A DNA stretch of 64,000 nt from an uncultured Gemmatimonadaceae bacterium (GTDB lineage: Bacteria > Gemmatimonadota > Gemmatimonadetes > Longimicrobiales > RSA9). Location: the NCBI GenBank assembly GCA_964430275.1, contig CAYSGF010000027.1, forward strand, positions 8,133-72,132, in the 5' to 3' direction. How positions within the stretch are numbered: the stretch's first letter is position 1; each line of letters begins with the position of its first letter. This document shows, piece after piece, positions 8,147-15,454 of this stretch. Under the pieces are notes generated by a model, which saw only the letters and a program-made list of their open reading frames with translations, had not been told where the DNA came from and searched no databases. A program made the translations under genes and the position numbers.

Positions 8147-9783
8147 GACCCGGCCTCCGTCTGCAGAGCGTCGGGCAGTGCATGGCACGCCTCGCAGCGC
8201 CTGCCCGGCTGGTGGTCGGTCATGTCCTGGTGGCAGCCGAGACAGAGTGTGCGCGTACGCTGCGCCGCATTGACGGGTGGCGACGAATGGCAGCCCGACC
8301 CCGCGCAGGTCAGATGAGACGCGCGCGTGTGTGCGCCCTGGCGCGGCGTCCGGTGGCACGCCATACAGTCATTTGCCGGCTCGTGGTGCTGCTCATGACA
8401 GAAGGCACAGTCGATGCGCGCGGCACTCAGGTCGGGGCTACGACTGTGGCACGACGCACACGCGACGTCCGTGTGCGCCCGATGATCGAACGGAAAGCTG
8501 CGATCCGCCGCACGACCCACCGTCGGCGTGAACGGGCGCGTCGCCTGGAAGCGCTGCGATGCATACTCGGCCGGCTGATGACACCGCTCGCAGCGCTGCA
8601 CTACGGGACCACTATGGTGACACGCGCGGCATTCGCGCAGGCCGCTCACCGTGACACTGCCGTGCGTGCTCTCCACGTCGTGGCACGCGAGACACTCGAC
8701 CTGTACATGCCGTGCATGGTCGAAGTCCGCCGGAACGTCCGGCTCCGGCTGCTGCGCCGCCGCGCGCGCAGGCAGCACGAGCGCGGCGAGGAGGCGCAAC
8801 GCGCGCGCCGGCGCACGGGAGACCGTGGTGGTCCCGCCAGCCTCCGTGTGGCACGCCTGGCAGTCGCTTCCGTCCGCATGGAAGGTGTGCGCACCATGGC
8901 AGCGGCTGCACGTCTCGAGCACACCGGCATCGAGGCCACGATGGAACGGCGTGAGGGTGTCCGCCTGGCTGTGGCAGCCCGCACAGGTCGCGAAGGCATC
9001 CGCCGGCTGCGCCTGCTCGTGCGGATTGTGACACGCCCCGCACGCACCACCGTGCGGATCGTCACCCGCGAGCGGAAAGTCCGCCAGCCGCTCGCGCATC
9101 GCGTGGCAGCTCAGGCACTCCTCGCGCTGGGGCTGGAGCGCGAGCTGGGCGGAGTCCGCAGCGGCCGAGGCGACCTGCTGGTTGAAGTCGTGACACGTGG
9201 CGCAATGGATCGTCAGTGCGCCCATCTCACCGAGCTGGATGCGCTGGTCCTCATGACAGCCGGACTGGCCGCACGTCTCGTCCGTTGCCGTGAACTCGTG
9301 CACGGACGAGGAATGGCACTGCACACACTCCAGCTCCGCGATCGACGGGTCACCGCTTTCGAGGTGAACGCGATGGCCCGCCGACGACGCAATGTTGCGC
9401 CAGGCGATCGGGTCGCCCTCGACATGGCATTCGACGCACACGCGGTTCGGCACCTCCGCGTGCGCTTCCAGGCTGTCGGGGTTCTCGAGCACCTGTGTCA
9501 GCGCCATCGTGCTGCGCGTCACGAGCGTCGGCTGATGACACGCCTTGCAGCCGAGCCCACGATGCGCACTGCGCGCGAACCGCTCGAACGGATCCACCAT
9601 CAGGTGGCAGGAGAGACAGAAGTCGTTGTCGTGCTGGATGTAGTCGTACGTGCGGTAGAGCTGGAGGCCGCCTGCCACGGCGATGGCGACAACGCCGGCC
9701 CCGATGGCCACCAGTACGGCGGCCGGGAGCCGGCGGACGCGTGCCACGATGCGCTTGGTGAAGCCAGGCTTTTGTTCGGTCAA
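8143..9783 (-). CDS. membrane-anchored multihaem cytochrome, 20 haem motifs (NapC/NirT-like N-terminal module fused to c7/c3-like module)
   Basis: N-terminal TM helix followed by FCLSCH...GCKACH, as in NapC/NirT/CymA. 18 CxxCH plus 2 CxxxxCH. The C-terminal half has FDHARH...CxxCH and FPFDHRAH...CxxCH units like cytochrome c7. The start is TTG 9783; an alternative is an in-frame GTG about 36 nt downstream. Confidence 0.9.
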   Translation of the reverse strand: MTEQKPGFTKRIVARVRRLPAAVLVAIGAGVVAIAVAGGLQLYRTYDYIQHDNDFCLSCHLMVDPFERFARSAHRGLGCKACHQPTLVTRSTMALTQVLENPDSLEAHAEVPNRVCVECHVEGDPIAWRNIASSAGHRVHLESGDPSIAELECVQCHSSSVHEFTATDETCGQSGCHEDQRIQLGEMGALTIHCATCHDFNQQVASAAADSAQLALQPQREECLSCHAMRERLADFPLAGDDPHGGACGACHNPHEQAQPADAFATCAGCHSQADTLTPFHRGLDAGVLETCSRCHGAHTFHADGSDCQACHTEAGGTTTVSRAPARALRLLAALVLPARAAAQQPEPDVPADFDHARHVQVECLACHDVESTHGSVTVSGLRECRACHHSGPVVQRCERCHQPAEYASQRFQATRPFTPTVGRAADRSFPFDHRAHTDVACASCHSRSPDLSAARIDCAFCHEQHHEPANDCMACHRTPRQGAHTRASHLTCAGSGCHSSPPVNAAQRTRTLCLGCHQDMTDHQPGRRCEACHALPDALQTEAGS

Positions 9784-9852
9784 TGCCCTGTTCGTTCCAT
9801 CGACTCACGTCGCTGCGGGTGAAGCAGCAGCCGCTTCACCCGCTCGGCCGCA

Positions 9853-11304
9853 TCAATCGACGCCCAGCTCCCGCTTCAACGAGACCGTCGACGTCGCCGC
9901 GATCGGATAGTCCTCCTCGACCTGCTGGATGGAAGCGATCAGCAGCGCCTCCATGAGGAACGGGTTGTGGATCGCCGAGCCGTCGAAGCCGGTTGCGAGC
10001 TGATAATTGAACAGCGCGCCCTCACCAGTACTGTAGCGGCCGTCGCCGGCGTCGAACTCGGTCTCCGGGATCTGCTCGATCAGCGTGTTGAGCTGACCGG
10101 CCAGCAGGGCGATGCGCTGGCGCGCGACCTGGCGCAGGCTGCGCGCGACGGCTTCCGTGCCGTGGCAACCCGCACCCGTGCACGTCTGGAAGGTGCGCTC
10201 CGTATCCGCGCACTCGCCGCCCGCCTGCGGCACGCCCTGTTCGTCCAGGCAGGGGATCGCCTCGAACAGGTGACCCGTCGACTGCAGCACGAACTCGCCG
10301 GTGATCTGGTCCGTGACCTCGAAGCGGTTCACGTGGCAGCCGGCGCACAGCTGCGGATTCACTTCCGAGCCATGCGTTGCCGCGATGCGCGCGGTGTCAC
10401 CTTCGCCGCCGGGGAACGTGAGGTTGGGTGGCCACCAGCCGCCGTAGCCGAGCAGCACCGGCCCCTCGGGCGAGTGCGGTCCGCGCGACTGCGAGGCGAG
10501 GTCCGGCGTGCCGCGCTTGTGGTGGCACTTCATGCACAGGTTCTGCTCTTCGTTCGGCAGGTCCACCGGATAACGAAGCTGGCGGTCCGTATCGCTCGAA
10601 TGCGGATCGTGGCAGACGCCGCAGGTGATCGCCAGGTGATTGTCGGGCTGCGCGGTTTCCTCCTTCTCGAGGAAATCCGCACGGATGCCCCACGCCCGCA
10701 AGGCGCCCTCTCCCGAGTGGCAGCTCTCGCACTCGGCCCGGCCCGCGGCGGACGCCACCACCTGCCCGTGGCCCGACTGCTCCCACTCCTCGACGAACGG
10801 GTGGTGCGAGCCCTGGTGGCACTCACCGCAGCCGATCGTCAGGTCGAGACCGACGGCCAGGGGCGCGAGAGGAATGTTGTCATCGCCCGGATCGAGAATG
10901 TGGCTCAGTCCCGGACCGTGACAGCTCTCGCACTGGACGTTGTGGTAGCGCGTGTCCTCGACGGCTAGGAAGCCGCCCTCCTCGGTCGCGACATTGCCGA
11001 GCTGGTTCACCGTGTGGCAGCCTTCGCACGTCTCGGCCGCATGCCCGCTCGCCTGCAGAGTCGCCCATGCATCCGCGTGCGCGGTCTGCTCCCACTGCCC
11101 CTGGAAGCTCACGTGGCAGTTGCCACACACCGTCAGGTTCGTCTCTTCTTCGCTCAGACCGACAAACCCGCCGGCTCCGTCGGGCAGCTCGCCGACCAGA
11201 TCGCGATCCCGGAACACGATCCGCTCGTCCACGCACGCGCCGCCCGCCACGACCACGAGCGCCAGCACTGCCACACCGATCGTTCGCTGCACCTGACGTG
11301 TCAT
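9853..11304 (-). CDS. multihaem c-type cytochrome lipoprotein, 9 haem motifs
   Basis: Start moved to ATG 11304 (MTRQVQRTIGVAVLALVVVAGGAC, lipoprotein-type signal). 8 CxxCH plus CTGAGCH. About 100 aa of haem-free helical C-terminus. Confidence 0.9.
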   Translation of the reverse strand: MTRQVQRTIGVAVLALVVVAGGACVDERIVFRDRDLVGELPDGAGGFVGLSEEETNLTVCGNCHVSFQGQWEQTAHADAWATLQASGHAAETCEGCHTVNQLGNVATEEGGFLAVEDTRYHNVQCESCHGPGLSHILDPGDDNIPLAPLAVGLDLTIGCGECHQGSHHPFVEEWEQSGHGQVVASAAGRAECESCHSGEGALRAWGIRADFLEKEETAQPDNHLAITCGVCHDPHSSDTDRQLRYPVDLPNEEQNLCMKCHHKRGTPDLASQSRGPHSPEGPVLLGYGGWWPPNLTFPGGEGDTARIAATHGSEVNPQLCAGCHVNRFEVTDQITGEFVLQSTGHLFEAIPCLDEQGVPQAGGECADTERTFQTCTGAGCHGTEAVARSLRQVARQRIALLAGQLNTLIEQIPETEFDAGDGRYSTGEGALFNYQLATGFDGSAIHNPFLMEALLIASIQQVEEDYPIAATSTVSLKRELGVD

Positions 11305-11642
11305 ACATCCCCCGAAGGTGGGACGGTTACTGAACCCGCACCGACGAATCCACGACCCGCATACTGCCTGCAGCTGCGTCTTGAGACTGCGCCTCCAACT
11401 AGCGCACTGCAAGCCCCTGGCGCATCAGGAAAAGCACCCGACTCCTGTAGTCGAACGCCTCCGGTACATACCGAGGAGCGATCTGGACCATGCGTGTGGC
11501 CGCTCGCAGGACTGCCGGGCCGCACGATTCGCGCCGGTCAGCGCTCACACGCCGGACAATCGCCTTGCCGTTTGGGACGATATTGCGTTCGCGGAGGCGC
11601 GCCTGCGAAAAGCGCTGCGGCCGAATCACGCTCGTGCGTCGC

Positions 11643-12434
11643 TCAGGCGCGCGCCATGCGCGCCCGGCGCACGCCCGCCAGGTAATGCGCCCCGAGCAGG
11701 ATCAGCACGATCGCGAAGACGGCCCGCAGTGCTCCACCCGGCATCCCGAGCGCGAGCCGGCCGCCTGCCCAGGAGCCGGCGGCAATGCCGGGCACGAGGC
11801 CGAGCACGGCGTCGCGGCGAACGCTGCGGTGACGGAGGTGTGCGACGGTGCCGCTCGCGCCGGCGGGCACCATGGCGGCGAGCGACGTACCCTGTGCGAG
11901 GTGCTGTGTCATGCCGACGCCGATCACGAGCAGCGGCACCATGAGCGAGCCGCCGCCGACGCCGAGCAGCCCGGCAGCGGCGCCGACGATCAGACCGGTC
12001 GCGAGCAGAAACACGATCGTCCACGGGCCCTCGGGCGCGTGGAGCGCGAGCAGCTCGTCCTTGATCACGAGCAGGACCGCGGCGACGATCAGGAATGCAC
12101 CGAAGTAGCCGCGCAGGCGGAGTGCGGGGATGCGTCGCGAGTAACGCGCGGCGGTGTACGTCGAAGCGACGGAGATCGTTGCGAGCACGAGCGCGGTGCT
12201 CCAGTCGACGGCATCCTGGTTCGCATAGGTGAGTGCACCGGCGATCCCCGTCGCGACGACGCCGGCGAGGCTGGTCGCGTGCGCCTCGTGTTGGGTGAGG
12301 CGCGCCCAGCTGGTGAGCAGCGGAATCATCACGACGCCGCCGCCCAGCCCCACGAGCCCGCCGAACACGCCGGCGAGCGCACCGATGAAGAAAGACCGCG
12401 TCGTGCAGCGCCGCCATACCGGACCGTCGCTCAT
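11643..12434 (-). CDS. TauE/SafE family sulfite-exporter-like membrane protein
   Basis: Duplicated GGG(V/S)xMxPLL motifs in a multi-TM protein. ATGA overlap with the upstream copCD stop (12431-12434). Confidence 0.85.
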   Translation of the reverse strand: MSDGPVWRRCTTRSFFIGALAGVFGGLVGLGGGVVMIPLLTSWARLTQHEAHATSLAGVVATGIAGALTYANQDAVDWSTALVLATISVASTYTAARYSRRIPALRLRGYFGAFLIVAAVLLVIKDELLALHAPEGPWTIVFLLATGLIVGAAAGLLGVGGGSLMVPLLVIGVGMTQHLAQGTSLAAMVPAGASGTVAHLRHRSVRRDAVLGLVPGIAAGSWAGGRLALGMPGGALRAVFAIVLILLGAHYLAGVRRARMARA

Positions 12435-13714
12435 TCCGGCAGCGGCGTGAACGAGAGGGCGGCCGAGACGACGATGAGCCCGATGAACACCACGGTCTCG
12501 AGCCGCACCGAGGAGCGCAGGATCGCGCCGTCGCCATCCTTGGGCAGCGTCGCGATGATTCGGCGGTGGCGGTAGCCGAACGCGGCGAGCGCGATGAGCC
12601 CCGTCGCCTTCACGAGGACGACCCGCCCGTATCCCGTCTGCAGGAGAGCTGCCGGCGATCCGAGCAACACGAGCGCCTGCGACAGACCAGTCACTGCAAT
12701 GACGCCGAAGGACCAGAGTGCCGCGGTCGAAACGGCGCGCAGCTGCGGCAATCGAGCGGGGCCGCTACGCAGCATGCTCGACAGTGTGATGAGCCCGCCG
12801 AGCCAGACGGCGGCAGCGGCCATGTGCACCGCCCGCAGCGGGATCGCGAGAGCGGACGATACGGCCGCTGCGTGCCCGAGCGCACCGCCCGCCAGCACCG
12901 CGACGAACGCGAGCAGTGCCGCGGCACGCGCCGAGCGGGTCAGCACCCAGACGGCGAGGGCGGCCGCGGCCAGCACCATGCGGGCGAGCAGCGCCTTCCC
13001 CGTTGCGAGCTGCAGCGAAACCGACAGGTCCACGGTGCCCGCGACGTGCGTCGTCCACGTAACGAGCTCCGCGAAGACGGCGAACGGGGCCGCGAGCGCG
13101 AAGGCGGTGAGCAGCCGCTGCAGTGCGTCGGCGGCAGGTACCGAGCGGCTCGCGAACAGCAGACCACCGGCGAGCGCCAGCAGGAGTCCCGTACCCAGCG
13201 CGCGCAGGAGCGGCAGTATGGGCGCAAAATCCGTGGTCGATGGCGGCGGCGCTTCCACCACGAGGATCGGCGCAGCACGCGCGGAATCCGGGTCCGTCAT
13301 TGCCGGCGGCGACGGCACGGCTTCCGGCGACACGAGGAACGGGATTGCGCCACTCAGGACGTGGCCGTCCGCGGACGTGGTACGCCAGCGCAGCACGTGC
13401 GCGCCGGCACCGAGCGACGGCGCGGCTGCAACGATCACGCTGCCGTCGGCGCTGCCCGAGCGCGCGGCCAGTACCACGCTGTCGCGGTCGGGACGTACGA
13501 GCACGAGGCGAGTCGCGTCCACCATCACGCGAGCGCTGAACTCGAGACGTACGGTATCGAGCGGAAGGCGTAGCGTGTCGTCCTCCGCCGGCGTGGACGC
13601 ATCGAGCTGCGCGTGCAGAATGGTATGCGGAAGATTACTGCTGTCCCGTGCCGCGGAGAGCAGCACGAGACTCAGCGCCGGCAGCGCGAGCCAGGTACGT
13701 CGGTTCAGTGGCAT
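12431..13714 (-). CDS. CopC-CopD fusion copper resistance/transport protein (YcnJ-like)
   Basis: Signal peptide, then a CopC-like periplasmic domain (HAQLDASTPAEDDTL ... WRTTSADGH), then a multi-TM CopD-like domain. Confidence 0.8.
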   Translation of the reverse strand: MPLNRRTWLALPALSLVLLSAARDSSNLPHTILHAQLDASTPAEDDTLRLPLDTVRLEFSARVMVDATRLVLVRPDRDSVVLAARSGSADGSVIVAAAPSLGAGAHVLRWRTTSADGHVLSGAIPFLVSPEAVPSPPAMTDPDSARAAPILVVEAPPPSTTDFAPILPLLRALGTGLLLALAGGLLFASRSVPAADALQRLLTAFALAAPFAVFAELVTWTTHVAGTVDLSVSLQLATGKALLARMVLAAAALAVWVLTRSARAAALLAFVAVLAGGALGHAAAVSSALAIPLRAVHMAAAAVWLGGLITLSSMLRSGPARLPQLRAVSTAALWSFGVIAVTGLSQALVLLGSPAALLQTGYGRVVLVKATGLIALAAFGYRHRRIIATLPKDGDGAILRSSVRLETVVFIGLIVVSAALSFTPLPE

Positions 13715-13781
13715 GGTCCCCGTTCGAAGGTCGTGAACGGGTCGTAGTATCGAGCTTCCGCCGCGGTCTCACAACCACGGC

Positions 13782-14396
13782 TCAGCCGCGGAAGCGCGCG
13801 CCCTCTCGCCGGAGCGCGGCCGGCAGCCGAGTCAGGGCGAGCTCTGCCACCAGCAGGTCATCGGCATCGAACGGTCCCCGCGCGAAGCCGCGCAGCAGGC
13901 TCAGCACCACCGTACGCCGGTCCAGAACCGTCGGTGCGACCAGCACATGCACGCACCCCGCAAGGGCTGGCGGGCCGTCTGCCGGGCAGGCGTCGAGCAG
14001 TCGCAGCAGCGCGGTGGACGTCGTTGAGAACAGCAGGGATTCGCGGCGCTGCGCACATTCCCGCAGCGGATGCCCGTCCGGCAGGGAGCCGAAGCGAAGG
14101 CCGTGCGCGCCGGCAAACGCTTCCGTCTCGCCGCGTCGCACGGCCGCATGGATGACGCAGCGGTCGGCCAGCGCCGGGACGAGCGCCGCGCGCAGCGCGG
14201 AGAACGACTCGGCCAGCGACGCCGCACGCGCGATCCGGCGGCTTGCATTCGCGACGATCAGAAAACGACGGCCCTCGTCCTGCTCGCGTGGTCGATCCGC
14301 TCGTATCAGCTGCAGCCGTGCCGCCCTCGTAAGCTCTCCGACGGGGCTGCCCATGCCCTCTTCGCGGGCGCCGCCGTCTACGGCCGTCGTGCTCAT
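13782..14396 (-). CDS. hypothetical protein, GAF-like pattern
   Basis: Best-looking ORF in this interval. The sequence pattern loosely resembles a GAF domain. No firm family call. Confidence 0.5.
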   Translation of the reverse strand: MSTTAVDGGAREEGMGSPVGELTRAARLQLIRADRPREQDEGRRFLIVANASRRIARAASLAESFSALRAALVPALADRCVIHAAVRRGETEAFAGAHGLRFGSLPDGHPLRECAQRRESLLFSTTSTALLRLLDACPADGPPALAGCVHVLVAPTVLDRRTVVLSLLRGFARGPFDADDLLVAELALTRLPAALRREGARFRG

Positions 14397-14487
14397 TTCC
14401 CGTCCTGTTCTGCGAGGTGATGCCGGACTGTAAATGAGCAGAAAACGTACCAGACGAAGGGTCCAGCGGGCGGTCGGAGGCGGGTGT

Positions 14488-15369
14488 TCAGTTCGGTGTT
14501 GCAGGCAGCTCGCGGGCGACGGTCAGGTGGAAGACGGGCTGTTGCCGCTCGAGCGTGACCATCAGAAGACCTTCGTTCTCCATGTCGCGCAGGAGCAGCC
14601 CGAGCACCTTTTTCAGCTCACGCGACTTCCGGGCGGCAACCCGCTCGAGCGCGAGCCGTGCGCTGCGCTGCGCGAACGCCGCGAGCTGCGGGTCGTCCGG
14701 CAGCTCGAGTGAGAGGCGCGCGGGCGCAGCGTACCCTTCATACGCGATGTCGAGCGTAGTGCCGAACTCGTGCGTGCTCGTGCCGACCGCGGCATTCACG
14801 TTCGACTCCCGCAGAGCGGCCTGCGTTTGCGGCGTGCGCAGTGCCGACGTGATCTCGAGCCGGTACGGCGGCAGCCCCATCGTGCCCAGTCGCTCCTGGA
14901 AGCGCGTGCCGATCTGCTCGAGCAGAGCGCGGGCAGCGGGTGTCACGACCGGAAGGGAGTACCCGAGGTCCCGAACGATCCACAGGTCCGTCGAGTCCTC
15001 GAGAACGAGCAGCCGCCCCGCGCCGATCAACTGCTGGAGCTGGGTAGAGTCGCGCACCTGAACCCCGAGCGCCCGCGCGCGTGCCAGCTGCCGCGCATTC
15101 GAGGAGCGTCGAAGCGACGCCTCCTCGCCCGGCGTCAGCAGCGGCACCGGCCGCAGCAGCTCCTCGATGGAGTCTGCCAGCGAAGTCGCAACCTCGATCG
15201 TTCGGTCGAGGGCGACGAGCCGACCTGCACCGGCGTCCGCGTCAGGGGAACCGCCGCTGCGCACTGCATCAGTGTCACTGTCCGGCGTGCACGCAGCCGT
15301 GGCGAGCAGGATGCACATGGCGGCCGGAAAAAAACGGGAGGGTGATATCGGCATGCTGAACCGCGCCAT
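14488..15369 (-). CDS. LAS/M15-type peptidase-like lipoprotein (DUF5715-like)
   Basis: Lipoprotein signal (CILLATAAC). ITSALRTPQTQ and STHEFGTTLD resemble the SxHxxGxAxD zinc site of VanY/M15 peptidases. The start may instead be the second Met (15354). Confidence 0.6.
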   Translation of the reverse strand: MARFSMPISPSRFFPAAMCILLATAACTPDSDTDAVRSGGSPDADAGAGRLVALDRTIEVATSLADSIEELLRPVPLLTPGEEASLRRSSNARQLARARALGVQVRDSTQLQQLIGAGRLLVLEDSTDLWIVRDLGYSLPVVTPAARALLEQIGTRFQERLGTMGLPPYRLEITSALRTPQTQAALRESNVNAAVGTSTHEFGTTLDIAYEGYAAPARLSLELPDDPQLAAFAQRSARLALERVAARKSRELKKVLGLLLRDMENEGLLMVTLERQQPVFHLTVARELPATPN

Positions 15370-15454
15370 GGAAGAACCGCGCCGCGCTGGCCGCCACGCC
15401 CACCGTCGTGCATTGCGTCGACCGGAGTTGACGTGCGGCGGTCCTGCCAGCCGA

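Noticed and set aside
8147-8359. N-terminal extension of the barrel ORF 6683..8359
   Set aside because: It lies inside the 3' end of the 20-haem gene in another frame. GTG 8146 gives a clean signal peptide and a GTGA coupling junction.
11399-11629. 76-aa minus-strand ORF in the leader of the cytochrome operon
   Set aside because: No RBS, no family and weak codon bias. I treat the region as regulatory or untranslated.
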